From Octopus sinensis (lineage: Eukaryota): a stretch of DNA of 64,000 bases. The stretch's first letter is position 1. Every line of letters starts with the position of its first letter. Made by a program: the position numbers and the translations under genes. The DNA lies in assembly GCF_006345805.1 (NCBI RefSeq), contig NC_042997.1, forward strand, positions 183,334,001 to 183,398,000, read 5' to 3'. Shown here piece by piece: positions 12,329 to 25,759 of the stretch. Below the pieces are notes generated by a model, which worked only from the letters and a program-made list of their open reading frames with translations, ran no database searches and had not been told where the DNA came from.

Positions 12329-15300
12329 TTAATAACTATCAGTCTTTTGCAAGAACCAGAAAAAGCGAATCTCTCTATCAAAACGTCTGTATAATTTCAA
12401 GTAGGATTAACAGTTTATACTATTCTTTAGCCAGCCAATTTCAAGACTATAGAAGGCAATATCACCCAACATTAATTTTGAAAGACATGTTATGACCCTT
12501 CTGTCCGGCCTTTGCTGTGATAGATTGCTAGCCAGTACACATTCTTTATTTTCTTTCTGTGGAAGAGCGTAGGCTTGAAACGTTAAAGACTTTTTCACTT
12601 CCTGAGCATTGCACTAATACATACTGTATGTTGTCTACACCACCTGTCTTTGTCTTTTGTTTTTTGTGTGTGAATTCTCCCCATGTTGTTATGAAAACAG
12701 ACCTAGGTCAACCACGTGTGTGCAGACCTATGATCAAACACATTTCAGTTTTTCTTTTGCTATTTTATATCATCAGCCCATGTGTTCTTTTCCAGTTAGC
12801 AGTGAGATTTGGCTGTTATATCTTCTAGGTTGGAGATTATAGAGGCTTCCTTACTGGACAAGAAGCTTGTTTTATTTTCAATATTTGGTTATCTAAAGGC
12901 CAAACCCAAATTCTCAATGTATTCTATGACTTATGCGATCCTATTTACTGGTCTTGGTGATATGAGAGAGACACTTGTCAATGGAGCACGTTTATGCATA
13001 CCTATGTAGATAGAGGCATATATATTTGCATATATTTTATAATACCTCTTGTGAAAAATAGCAGTATTCATTTTATATTTTCAGCGTGTACACTACATCA
13101 TTTCCAGTGACTAGGAAGTGTTTCTACAAATTGGGTGGATTTTAGTTTAAGGGCACTCACTGGTTTATTGGTTTTCTTGACAATATTTGCATCCTTGCCA
13201 ATATGGTAGTGAAAGATATATGGATCTCTGAATTCGAAAAGTAATCAGTTTAATTAACTTCACTGAATTAGCATGTCAGTGGTTGAACATTCTACAGACA
13301 CCTGTACCCTGAATGCAATTTTTTAAAGTTAAATCAATGTAACATGGTTTGACTTAAATTGCAGGTGTAGTCCTGTTTCACTTACAAGGCTTGGCTGACC
13401 CTAGGCTAAGGTAAATAACACTCAAGGTACCACATAGGAGGATTGTAATGAGCCCATGTGATTGTGATGCAAGCTTCTTAACAGAGCTGGCTGTGTGTGT
13501 AATGGACTCCCCTGTCAAAGATGATGTGAGTGTTCAGCTTTAGCTGAACAACTTACGTGAATTGTTTATAGTGATTGAATGTATGTGTTGTACATTAGCT
13601 AACTCCCTTGTTCAAATCAATGATAACTGAACAGGTGCATGGTGTACCACGAGTTAGGTTTTGGAATGATCACAGAGACTTAGATGAAATGTGTTGCTCA
13701 AGAACACAACGCACCAACTGGTTTAGGAATTGAAACCATGATCTCTTGACTGAGTGCACCACTCTAACCACTAGGCTATGCGTCTTTATATATATATATA
13801 TATTTACATACACACACATGACTGGCCTGTTGTGTATGTATATAGTCAATCCAACAATATGGTAGAAAATGCTGATGTGAGATTTCATGTGCAATCATGT
13901 TTTTGGAAAGTGTCCTTTACACATAGCTGTATAAACATGAGAAAACTATTAGTATGAACATGATGCATAGGAAGGATAAGTTTGGTGAAGAAGAATAAGT
14001 TTAACCATTTTTTTTTATCATATTGCTATTGAATTACACTGCCTTTGCTTTAATTAATTTCAAAAATAGTGAATTTATTAAAATATATTTATCTTTAAGC
14101 TGCTGTTTGTTAAATAAGCAAGTAATTTTGATGGGTGATTTTCATTTAGATCATTTTAAAATAGGAAATTTATATCATAGGTGGTTTCAGACAGTTTGGT
14201 ATCAGAATGGTTAAATGATGATACGCCTTGCCAACCATCCCAATATCCAGCTTATAACTTCAGAAATTGCCCACTTAGTGGATTGTACTTCTTGAACACC
14301 TACAGGATTATCTGTAACTCATCACAAATACTTTTAAGAATGATACAACCAACATATACAATCATTCAGATTGAAGGACAAAATTTTACTTTTTAGTCAC
14401 AAGTTGTTTAGAAATGTACATCATAAAATAGGACACAGGGGTTAGTCTATAATCTAGGAATTGCAGATTATGCTCAACTAACATGGCTTCTCAGATCCAA
14501 TTCAGAGAATCCTAAAGGTTTGCAAATGAATTTTCAAAATGAAGCAGAGTAGTTACCCCTGTCACCCACCTAGCACCAAGAGTGCTCTCCCCTCTTATAG
14601 AAGCACAAAAAAATAGAGCTTATTGATTAATACCAATAGCATGGTGCAGTAATTCCTCCTGATCACCCTAGCCGATTTGACTTAGAGTTGCCTAAATGAC
14701 TATGTGGCAGGAGGCACAGTAGTAATACAGTGAATTATCAGCTGCCTTCTAGTAAATACAGATGGAGTATTTTTAAAATTTTATTCGTAATAAAAAAAAC
14801 ATATACCAACTTCCTGTCATATCTATGAATCGAAAATATATAACTAAAGAAGACATATTCCCTCATGTAATTCATGAAGAATATCTAGACATCCTCCAAG
14901 ATTTAGGAGCAAGTTGAAAGAAATGGGTGTTAAATCAAATGGTATGTGGTTGTTTGTCTAAATTTCAGGTGACAAGTAAAAATTATGTATTATGCATATA
15001 TTCAGGGTTAATGTAATGCTAAGTTTAGTTCTAAAAAGGATTTTGATTTAGCCTTTTCTAATCCTGTCTAAGCAGTAATATTGTATTCTGTAACCAAACC
15101 TTTGTCTACGTGCAGTCAATGTCTTAAATTTGAAATATTGATGTAAGTATGTCTAAGAAGTATAGGGGAACAAATTTTTATAGCTTTATGCAAAATGATA
15201 GTTGATAGCATGACCAGATACTAAAATAGATCCCTCAAGAATAACAGGACCAAAGAAATGTTAATTTTCCACCGAGGGACTTGTAAGATATGAGCAAAGA

Positions 15301-15419
15301 AAACAAAAAACAAATTATCTTCTGGTTTAACTCCCTTTTCAGTCTTAATTGAACTCTCATCCAGCTAAAAACTTAGTTTAATTTCAAAGTATTTTCCTGG
15401 TTGCAACAAACTGCACAAG

Positions 15420-15635
15420 TTCATCATCGTTTAGCGTCCGCTTTCCATGCTATCATGGGTTGGACGGTTCAACTGGGGTCTGGGAAGCCAGAAGGCTGCA
15501 CCAGGACCAGTCTGATCTGGCAATGTTTCTATGGCTGGATGCGCTTCCTAATGCCAACCACTCCGTGAGTGTAGTGGGTGCTTTTTATGTGCCACCGGCA
15601 CAGGTGCCAGATGAGGCTGGCAAACGGCCACAATC
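15420..15635 (-). mobile_element. RTE 3'-tail fragment
   Basis: CATCATCGTTTAGCGTCCGCTTTCCATGC start; same tail as the other RTE copies. Confidence 0.8.
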
Positions 15636-16649
15636 GGATGGTGCTGTTGCAAATAGTAACCAAGCTAAACCACAATGTGTACTAACCAGGGCTCATATAA
15701 ACAGCAGCTCTATGCTTGAGAGCTAAAGCAGTAATCCACCAGTTTCTACAAATACTGATAAGCAAAACAACTACTTAGATAAGCTACTACGCTACTAGAA
15801 ATTGCTAAATTGCCTGCCACATTGCTAAAAGTTTATCTCCATCAAAGTGTGGAATGGTTTAAGAGCAACTAGCTTACAGCCCAACTAGGTAACAACTAAT
15901 TTGACCAATGTGACTGGATCGTTGTGGGGCAGCAGCAGAAATAATTGTTTTCTTAGCTCCAGGTCACCCTTCATCAAGTGAATCTTTGATAAGACACATT
16001 TCACTTGTAACCATTCACGTTTTTCTTGGTAAAGTGTACATTGGACTGAAAAAAAAAAAAAACAGGATAATTATGACTAGAACATCTTTTATCACAGGTT
16101 GCTTGATGATAATTGGCCTGGATGTAAACAAACAACAATAACAATTATACTATCTGCCTGCCAAAACCTAGTGTCTCAGTTACTTTGGCTAATAGGTGGC
16201 CAAGCTAGTTGTTACCCAGTTGCCATGTTATCTCTGGAAGAGTTCAAATCATATACAGGTATATGTGAGGGACCGTTCCATTTAGAAGTTATGTGAATCA
16301 CAAATTCACCTATAAATTTGCAAATATGGGAATACCATAGCTCTATCAAGTTGTGAATACAAACTAAAATTTAAGTCACATGATCCATTTTAGCTCATGG
16401 CATGAAATAAATTAATAAAAAAAGATCCTGTGATCTTTATAAAATTCTAGATATGAAGTAAGCCAACAGACATTTTAAACATGGACTGAGTTAATAGCAA
16501 ATGTCATACAAGGTTCTAGCTACAAAATAACAAACATTCACACTAGATTAATTTGACAGATATAGATTACCAAGCTGCTACCAGATGGAAAAATAAGTCT
16601 TTATTGGCTTCTGATGCTTCCAGTAGATTGGGGTAGACTTCCACTCTCC

Positions 16650-17390
16650 TCTCCTTGAAATCGGGTATCAAATGTCTTGGTCATTGCCTCCGTGAGGCCC
16701 AACACTTGAAAGGAACTCAGCTACTTTGCCTCTGTGAGGCCCAGCACTCAAAAGATGTTTTTGATGTGTCACCAGCATGGGTGCACTTGCCTTGACGAGT
16801 CCTCTCAAGCACAACACATTGCCAAAGGTCTCAGTCACCAGTCATTTCCACAGTGAGTCTCAAAGTTCGAAGATCATGCTTCACCACCTTGTCCCCTGTC
16901 TTCCTGGGTCTACCTCTACCACAGGTTCCTTCTACAGTTAGAGATTGGTACTTCTTTTCACAGTTGTCCTCGTCCATACATATTACATGACCATACCAGT
17001 GCAGTCATCTCTCTTGCACAACACATCTGATTCCTCTTATGCCTAACTTTTCTCTCAAAGATGCTTAGACTCTGTTGAACATGCACACTGAGATTGAACA
17101 TTCAGCGAAGCATACTGGTTTCATTTCTTTCAAGACTACGCATCTCCTCGGCTGTCACAACCCATGTTTCACTGCCATGCAGCATAGCTGTTCAAACACA
17201 GGCATCAAACAATCTGCCTTTTACTCTGAGAGAGAGGCCCTTTGTTGCCAGCAGAGGTAGGAGCTCTCTGAACTTTGCCCAACCTAATCTTATTCACACA
17301 GCTATGCTCTCGGAGCATCCACCTCCACTATTAATGTGGTCACCTAGATAACAGAAGCTATCTACTACCTCTAGCTTCTCCCCTGACAGT
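16650..17390 (-). mobile_element. Degenerate RTE LINE fragment
   Basis: Reverse complement of the same RT C-terminal region as 2240-2700. Confidence 0.8.
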
Positions 17391-17399
17391 TAATGGAGT

Positions 17400-17860
17400 T
17401 TTTGCTAGGTAAAGTATCCACTAAGGCCAGTATAGGCCCAGCCAGAGATGAATGCTTAGCTTTATGTTCCAAAGTACAAATAGATAGATACAAGATGGAG
17501 AAATTCAGAAAGGGCTTAATAATAAAAACTTGACTTAAGAACATAAATAAAAGTTCAATCCGCCCACCATCCACAATCATAAACTTTGTTAGCAACATCA
17601 GCTAAAGAATTTTGAAAATTTTGTTTGATAAAGAAATCTTCAACCAAATTGCACCACTCTTATAACAAAACCTAAAATCAAGTGGATTTAATGAAGAGTT
17701 GTAATATGTACTAAAACTACTACAAACAAACACTGAACAAAAGAAACTCAGGAAAACATGTATCTGGTTTAACCCACTCTTCAGCCTGAATGTAAATATA
17801 AATATAGGACACATCTTCATAATACTAATCAGCATTTCCCAATTGATCACAAATACTATA
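17400..17860 (+). mobile_element. Degenerate Penelope-like element fragment (RT C-terminal/linker region)
   Basis: Translates with stops and shifts to INKSSIRPPSTII...FDKEIFNQIAPLL...SGFNEEL and IWFNPLFSLNVNINIGHIF (17762-17818). Confidence 0.6.
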
Positions 17861-18529
17861 AATAAGCAAAAGAGAAGTGTAGCTGTGTGATTGAGAAGCT
17901 TAGCTTCTCAACCATGTGGTTTCAGGTTCAGTCTCACTGAAGCATCTTGGGTATATATTTTCTATTATAGCCCCAGGCCAACCAAAGCCATGTGAGTGGA
18001 TTTGGTATACATTTGTGTGCATGTACCCTTATCTTGACTTGTGATGGTTGTAAATGAGCATCACTATCATACAAGCAATGCTGTTTGTTTCCAGTTTGGC
18101 CAAGAGGAATTGTTATCTTGCTTGAAGGCAAGTGAGATTTGACAACAGGGATGACATCCAGCCATAGAAAATCTGCCTGTACATAAATATGTGTACACAC
18201 ACACACACACACACAGAGTCTTGAGCCTTTAGACCCATTAGGCAGAAGCTTATCTTGGTTTCTAGTTATGTAAAGTGTCTGAGAATTCAACACTTCACTG
18301 AATGGAATGCCAATCTGTTGCAGGATTAGCCTCCCCATCACCACCATTGCTGTTGCCAGTACTCAATTTCACTTGAGTGGACTGAAGAAATGTGAAATAT
18401 ATAAGCAATTTCGTAGTAGTGAGATGTCAGGTGTGAATATCTGTCCATGTGTCAGAACAAGAACTCCTCAATCATCATCAAACAATCACATTCACTTTTT
18501 CTACAGATGCAGAAAACAGAAATTGGATA

Positions 18530-18743
18530 TTTCGTTTTGGGATTTGGTTTGCAAGATTCTTTATATGAGTTTGTGTGTTGAAGCATATTCTGTTGTGTCT
18601 GGGGAGAGTCATTTTCTTTATTGAAAAGGTTGCAAGACGCAACGAAAATTTTAGGAAAATAAAAATAAGAAAAAAGTGAAAATTTTACTGGTGAGTGTGT
18701 TATATTATAAGGCACAAAAAGAAAATGACTCTCCCCAGACACA
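18530..18743. mobile_element. Small unclassified element with internal inverted repeat, flanked by a direct repeat
   Basis: ACAGAAATTGGATA at 18516-18529 and 18744-18757; 32-bp inverted arms at 18588-18619 and 18718-18749; second copy at 48464-48639. Confidence 0.65.
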
Positions 18744-19094
18744 ACAGAAATTGGATAACCAATCATCATTGGAAACTTCGTTCCTTCTGTTAGGTATACC
18801 AGTTTAAGGCTGTCACCATTAACATTAGCTCAATGAAAAGTAGAGCTGGGCAGATTGTAGACATACTGGAATTGAGGCTTGTAGAGGTGTGCTGTGTACA
18901 AGAGATAAGATGAAGATGTACAAGAAATAAGATGAACCATGGGAAAATATTACCTTACTTGAAAACAAGTAAGGGTTGGTATCAGGAAAAGCAGCCAACT
19001 GTAAAAAAATCTGCTTCAATAAACTCTATCCAACCTATGGAAGCACAGAAAATTGGACATTAAAACAATGATGCTGATATAAAGTATATCACAA

Positions 19095-19440
19095 TCATCA
19101 TCATCATCATCCTTTAATGTCTGTTTTCCATGCTAGCATGGGTTGGAAGATTTCTATTGGTCACTTTTGCCGAACCACTAAGTTACAGGTACGTAAACAC
19201 ACCAGCATCGGTTGTCAAGCGATGTTGGGGGCACAAACACAGACACACAAACATATACACACACATACATATATATGACGAGCTTCTTTCAATTTCCGTC
19301 TACCAAATCCACTCACAAGGCTTTGGTCGGCCCGAGGCTGTAGTAGAAGACATTTGCCCAAGGTGCCACGCAGTGGGACCGAACCCGGAACCATGTCGTT
19401 CATAAGCAAGCTACTTACCACACAGCCACTCCTATGCCTA
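19095..19440 (-). mobile_element. tRNA-derived SINE with RTE tail
   Basis: Reverse complement of the 20630 SINE family plus a (CAT)n tail. Confidence 0.8.
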
Positions 19441-19739
19441 CATATTTTGCTCAAGAACAGAATGCACCTTCTGCTCCAACAATCAGGACCATGAATTTGT
19501 GATCATTAGTGCAACATCCTAACCAACTTGACTGTATGCCTTCACATGTGAAATATATATTTGTTTATTTAAGCATAAAATCACTGATTTATAGGTCAGG
19601 TATAATGTTTTTTCTTCATTAGAGGGCATTAGTGGCATAAATAACAAGAATTATACCCAACAGTATATAATATTGGTCTGTCAGGAGCTCACCTATAAAC
19701 AATGAGTACAAATTGTTAAGTTTAAATTGTATGCTTAGT

Positions 19740-20065
19740 TGTGATACCCATGCTGGTGGCACATAAAAAGCACCATCCAAATGTGGCCGATGTCAGCGCT
19801 ACCTTGGCTGGCTTATGTGCCAGTGCATGTAAAAAGCACCAACTGATCGTGGCCGTTGCCAGCCTCCCCTGGCACCTGTGCCGGCAGCACGTAAAAAGCA
19901 CCCACTACACTCACGGAGTGGTTGGCATTAGGAAGGGAATCCAGCTGTAGAAACACTGCCAGATCAGACTGGAGCCTGGTGCAGCCTCCTGGCTTCCCAG
20001 ACCCCGGTCGAACTGTCCAACCCATGCTAGCATGGAAAATGGACGTTAAATGATGATGATGATGT
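19740..20065 (+). mobile_element. RTE 3' UTR fragment with repeated TGGCAC(A/G)TAAAAAGCACC units
   Basis: Shared tail ending GGACGTTAAATGATGATGATGATG. Confidence 0.82.
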
Positions 20066-20629
20066 AGAAATAGAAATATGACACTTTCAAATGATGCATG
20101 TGGATGACAATAGAATAATTTCTAAAAAAAAAAGCAGTGATTAACAAGCCCAAATCTTGTTAAACTATTCTTATAATAACTTCTAATAGACTAATTAAAA
20201 TAGGAAGTATTTCTAATAGCTGTGAAACAAGGAAGACTTCAAATATATTAATTCGATCAAACATGGGGATGTTGGATTTATTGTTAAGATATCACAGGAT
20301 CAAGTGCTATAGAAAAATACAGCAGTACAGGTGTTAGTATCTCCATGCTAGCAGTGGACAATGATCATTAGCAGAAAAAACAGATGTTGATAGGATCACT
20401 CTTATACAATGGTTGATAATGACATTTCTTAGCTGCTGATGGCCTGAATGTGATTGCAAATTAGGACAATTGGTACTTGAAATAATAAGTAGGGTTATTT
20501 TGAGTTCTAGATTGTTGTAACCAGTTTTATATATCAACATAATTTTCAATATTTTTGTTACTAAGTTATTACACCAGATAAAAATATTTCATTTTAGCTC
20601 CATTCCTTTAGTATAGAAATAAAGGGATA

Positions 20630-21018
20630 GGCGTAGGAGTGGCTGTGTGGTAAGTAGCTTACTTACAAACTACATGGTTCCGGGTTCAGTCTCACTGCGT
20701 GGCACCTTGGGCAAGTGTCTTCTACTATAGCCTCGGGCCGACCAAAGCCTTGTGAGTGGATTTAATAGATGGAAACTGAAAGAAGCTTGTCGTATATATA
20801 TGTATGTTTGTGTGTCAGTGTTTGTTCTCCCAACATCGCTTGACAACCGATGCTGGTGTGTTTACATTCCCGTAACTTAGCAGTTCGGCAAAAGAGACCG
20901 ATAGAATAAGTACTAGGCTTACAAAGAATAAGTCCTGGAATCAATTTGCTCGACTAAAGGCGCTGCTCCAGCATGGCCATAGTCAAATGACTGAAACAAA
21001 TAAAAGAGTAAAAGAATA
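20630..21018 (+). mobile_element. Full-length tRNA-derived SINE
   Basis: GGCGTAGGAGTGGCTGTGTGGTAAG...GGTTCAGTC head, internal TA/TG tract, CAGCATGGCC..AGTCAAATGACTGAAAC..(AAAAGAGT)n tail; near-identical copies at 39306, 43324 and 47820. Confidence 0.9.
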
Positions 21019-21716
21019 ATATTCATAATACGAATAAATAATATTGTTATAAAGTCAGAGTGATAAATATTTGCAGTTATGAAGTATTTGACATTGCTTT
21101 TCACTGTAGGATATGAAATTAAAATTTTTTACTAGACTGTCTCTGAATATCAGATTAATTTAAAATTAGTTTATTTATCTGGCAAGAGTTTACGATATTT
21201 TGGTTTCCTCCAATTTTTGCCTTTTATGACGCATAGAGGAGATGTTGGGTCTATTCTTTGACATGCCACTCCTCACACAGCATGAAAGAGGTAGGATCTG
21301 CACTCCAACCTCGTAAAACCCTCACCAGCAACAATCTTTTATACAACCCCACAAATTTCTCTCCTCTGGACAATTACCTCAACTGCCTATAAAGCAACTG
21401 TGGCAAAGCCATCAGAACCACCATCAGCTATATGGGGAAAACCTTGGACGATAGGATGAGCTGGAAGGTTGTTGCCTGAGTGGTGCAAAGGTGTCATCCA
21501 TCAGGAGTAGGAAATCTCAGTTCAACCTGAGGAAGCCTATTTGGGTGGGGACCTAGAATGTTCTCTCCTGCCCCTGTTGTCTTTGGAACTCAGTTCCTGC
21601 CTGCCCCTGTTGTCTTTGGAACTCAGCCATTTTCAAGTTGCTGTAGCAGCCTTATCAGAGGTGCATTATCCAAGGAGGAGCAACATCTCAACTGGTGGTT
21701 ACACCTACTACTTACT

Positions 21717-21951
21717 TATTTCTTTATTGCCCACAAGGGGCTAAACATAGAGGGGACAAACAAGGACAGACAAAGGGATTAAGTCGATTACATTGACCCC
21801 AGTGCATAACTGGTACTTAATTTATTGATCCTGAAAGGATGAAAGGCAAAGTCGACCTCAGCGGAATTTGAACTCAGAACGTAACAGCAGACGAAATACC
21901 ACTAAGCATTTCACCCGGCGTGCTAACGTTTCTGCCAGCTTGCCGCCTTTC
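21717..21951 (-). mobile_element. Short tRNA-derived SINE inserted in the RTE LINE
   Basis: Perfect 16-bp TSD ACACCTACTACTTACT at 21701-21716 and 21952-21967. Confidence 0.9.
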
Positions 21952-23084
21952 ACACCTACTACTTACTGGTCTGGGCACTCTGACGGCTGGCATTACAGAG
22001 AGGTAGCAGTTCTAGTACCTGACTGGCTGGTTCCAATTATTTAGGTGTAATACCTGTCAACGAATGTTATTATGTGGCTGAGGATCTGACATTCTCTGTC
22101 AAATCCGTCATGTTCTTGCTTGCAGTACATGCTTTGACTGCTATGAATGACAGGTTGGTGAGGAACATATTCTTCACCCATCTGTGCTCTGTTGTCATGG
22201 GAAATTTCAACTGGGGTTGACAGAATGGAATATAAATGTGTTGTTAGCCCTTTTGGATCTGATGCTGAACATTTGGAGTGTGATGCTCCTGTACATGGAT
22301 TTTGCATTTCTGGCTCCTGATACCAATATCTTGAACTGCATCATTGGATTTGGTATTCCAATACTGGCTGTATGGCAAAAGAGATTGACCATGTACTTGT
22401 TGTTGGCTGCAGGAGCCTCCTACAGAACTGCAGGGGTTTTTTAGAGTGCTAGTTTCTTGGTCACCAACCAGAGACTTATTGTGACTGAGATGAGATTGTG
22501 ACTGAAGTTAGCCTCGTAAGAGGCTGAAGACAGTCAGCCCTAGACTGAATGTTGACAGACTCAATAACAACACTGTAAGTAAGACTTATTTGCAGTAACT
22601 TAGATCTGTGCTACTTGGGACTGACTTAATGTCTGATCCTATAGGAATGTGGGAAACTTACAGGGACACCCTACTGTCGACTGCTAGGGAATTTATTAGT
22701 TTCCAAAATTGGGCCAGGAAGTGTTTTATTTCCAGGGAGACCCTTGTATTGGTGGAGTGTAGCTGCAGGGCAAGACTGGGTTGAACCTCTGGGGATTTGC
22801 TTTGAGAGCTGAGATGTGGGGTAGTCAGGGCACTGAGGCCCAACAAGGAAAAGCAAGTCCAAGAAATCTGCAAGAAGGTTGAGACTCAGTGTCATATATG
22901 TGACTCATGTACTGCCTACAGAGAAATCACTTTGCTTGCAGTAGGGGTGAAGCCACCCCATCGATGTTCTGAAGTCTTAGACTCTTGTATACTCCTGATG
23001 GAGGAGCCTAAGGTGATGGTTCACTGGGCATTGTACTTTGAGGAATTGTATAAGGTGGATCTACCTAGTACTGATCTGAATACC

Positions 23085-23311
23085 TATTTCTTTACTACCC
23101 ACAAGGGGCTAAACACAGAGAAGGCAAACAAGGACAGACAGACGGATTAAATCGATTATATCGACCCCAGTGTGCAACTGTACTTAATTTATTGATCCCG
23201 AAAGGATGAAAGGCAAAGTTGACCTCGGTGGAACTCAGAACGTAATGGCAGACGAAATACAGCTACGCATTTCGCCCGGCATGCTAACATTTTTGCCAGC
23301 TCGCCGCCTTA
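23085..23311 (-). mobile_element. Second copy of the same SINE inserted in the RTE LINE
   Basis: Perfect 16-bp TSD TACTGATCTGAATACC at 23069-23084 and 23312-23327. Confidence 0.9.
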
Positions 23312-25270
23312 TACTGATCTGAATACCATGATTCCTTCAGCACTGGTGACTGACCAACCAATCAGCTGTGATCTGCTGTCTGAAGATGAGGTTCATACAG
23401 CAGTAAATTACTGGATCATTGGGAAGGCAGCCAGTGTTTGTGACATCCATAGGAAGATGATCAAGAAAGGTGGGCCTGCTGCAGTCATGTTTTTGCAGCA
23501 GATCTTCTGCTCAATCTGGAGCAGTGACATTATACTGCTGGACTGGAAGAGGAGTATAACTATCTCACTTTGGAAAGTTAAAGGTGACAACTACAACAAT
23601 TATAGGGCTGTTACACTCCTCTCAATGCCTGGTAAGGTCTTTGTCAGGGTCATCCTGTGAAATCATCTGCTTGCATCTCAGTAGCCGGAGCAGTCAGGGT
23701 TCGTGTCAAAGAGGTCAACTACTGACAGGGTCCTAGCTCTTTTTGTACTCATTGAATGCAAGCAGAGCTTTCAGAAGGAGCTACTTGCAACCTATGTTGA
23801 CCTCTGCAAGGCATTTGACTTGGTGGACAGGAATGTGATTCTAGAGCTCTAAGGTATACCTCCCCAGCTGATTGGGCTGATGATGGCCTTGTAGACTGGA
23901 ACAGTCAGTGCAGTTCAGATTGGGGGCTCAGCATCTGACATTTTCCCAGTTAGAGCTGGGGCCCATCAGAGTTGTGTCTTGGTTCCTGATCTGTTTAGTG
24001 ACTGCATAGATTGGATACTTGACTGAATGATAGCCCAACTGAGTTGTGGTGCACTCATTTGTGAAACTAGGATTACAAAACTAGATTTTGCTGATGTTGC
24101 AGTTATTCTTACTAAGTCTCTGGATGTCTTAAGGAGCACTCTCCTTTCACTGAGTAAGGAAGAGGAGCTAGTTGACTTTGGAGTCTCTTGGGTCAAGACA
24201 AAAATCCAGTCCTTCCTTGATATCTAGGAGGACTATGCCTCTTCTGTCTCTATTGTGGGTGAGAATGTTGAAATTGTTGATTGATTCATTTATCTCAGCA
24301 GTGAGGTTCATAATGGCATTAGCTGTAAGTCTGAAGTCCTAAAAAGACTGGGACAAACTCGTACAGTTGTGGACTCATTTGACCAAGGTGTTTGGCCCTG
24401 CTGATATCTGTGCAGGAGGATAAAGGTTCGGGTCTTTAAGTCTTTGGTCCTCCCTGTCCATCCATATAGTTGCAAGAATCGGACACTGTCCTGGGCCCTT
24501 AGGAGCCACTTGAACTCCTTTGGTACCAGAATGCTTCACAGAATTATGGGTTACCACTGGTTGGATCTCATATCGATCTGATTACTCTGCTCAGAAACTG
24601 GGATGCATTCTGTCACTTGTATGATTTGGGGATGCTGTCGCAGACTGTTTAGCAAAAATTGCTTGATTTTCCAAGTTAGACCTTGCTTTCTGTGTTCTCT
24701 TCACTGAAGATCCAGCTCAGTTGATGTCTCATGATGGTCAACCACATGCCACATGGTCATGGCAGATAAAGAGGTATCTTGTGGAAATGGGAACTGACTG
24801 GGACTCTACTCGACAGGTCATTAGGAGGACCCAGGAATATACCAACAAATGGCAAATGCAGTAACATACTGCAACAATGGCACATGCTTTTACACCTGAC
24901 CTGACCTCCAATCTTCTCCAGATTGATTATCATTATTGTTTAAAATTATCAAAACATTTTTTCATTATACCTAAATGACTACATCTGAAAAATGTTGGAT
25001 ATAAATGTCTTTATATCTTTTTCATTTTAATTGGGCAGTTTTCTTGGTAGTTTTCCTTTTTTTGTTAAGTTGCAATAGTCTGAAGTTGGTGTTAGGAAGA
25101 GCATCCAACCATAGAAACCATGCCAAAGCGGACACTGGAGCATGATGCAGTCTTTGGGACTCATTAGGTCCGGTCAAATTGTCAAATCCATGCTAGCATG
25201 GGACATGGATGTTAAATTATGACAATGCTGGTGATATTGCAAAGTACAGATAAAACAATATTTAAATTAA

Positions 25271-25492
25271 CCCTTTTGTTAACATATTTCTGATGAGATG
25301 CTCTGTGTTTCTTACAATTAATTTTAAACATAACAAAGAATTTAGTAAAATAACTTAGTTATCATTCAGCTAGTGTTAGGAACATAAATTGTGACTAAGG
25401 TTTGGTGGAAGATTTTAATTCAGAACTTATGAAAACAAGACATTTGTATTACAGAGCCAGAGACGGTTTCAGCCGGGTTGGTAACAAAAGGG
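25271..25492. mobile_element. piggyBac-like MITE
   Basis: TTAA|CCCTTTTGTTA ... TAACAAAAGGG|TTAA. Confidence 0.85.
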
Positions 25493-25759
25493 TTAAACTT
25501 ATGGCCTCATTGTATTGACCTTCCCTTCATCATCCCCTTCAAAAAATCAACAACCAGTTTCATTCAGTGTAAGAAGCTTTAAATCAAATAATTCTTGGTG
25601 TTTATAATCAGTACAACACTAGTATATGAAGCTGTTTACAAAACAACTATTGCAGTATTTAAAAAGTAAGTACAATGCTAAACAGAGTTATTTCTTGTAT
25701 TTTCAGACTGTCTTTAATGTTGATTTGGTATTCTATAATTTTAGAGTTTTCTCTTTCAG

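Larger units (their letters stand above)
21230..24907 (+). mobile_element. Old near-full-length RTE LINE (endonuclease + RT), pseudogenised
   Basis: VAVAALSEV, VMGNFN, WYSNTG..KEIDHV (EN); NYRAVTLLSMPGKVF, EQSGF, YVDLCKAFD, LDFAD (RT); (ACCTG)n tail at ~24893-24907; many stops. Confidence 0.88.

Noticed and set aside
14100-14160. KQVILMGDF, resembling a LINE endonuclease motif
   Set aside because: Too short and eroded to support a feature call.
16098-16255. Open segment with AG/GT ends
   Set aside because: No homology, and phase does not link to identified exons.
25623-25665. Phase-compatible mini-exon (YMKLFTKQLLQYLK) with GTAAGT donor upstream of the first TCAIM exon
   Set aside because: Weak acceptor and no resemblance to TCAIM.
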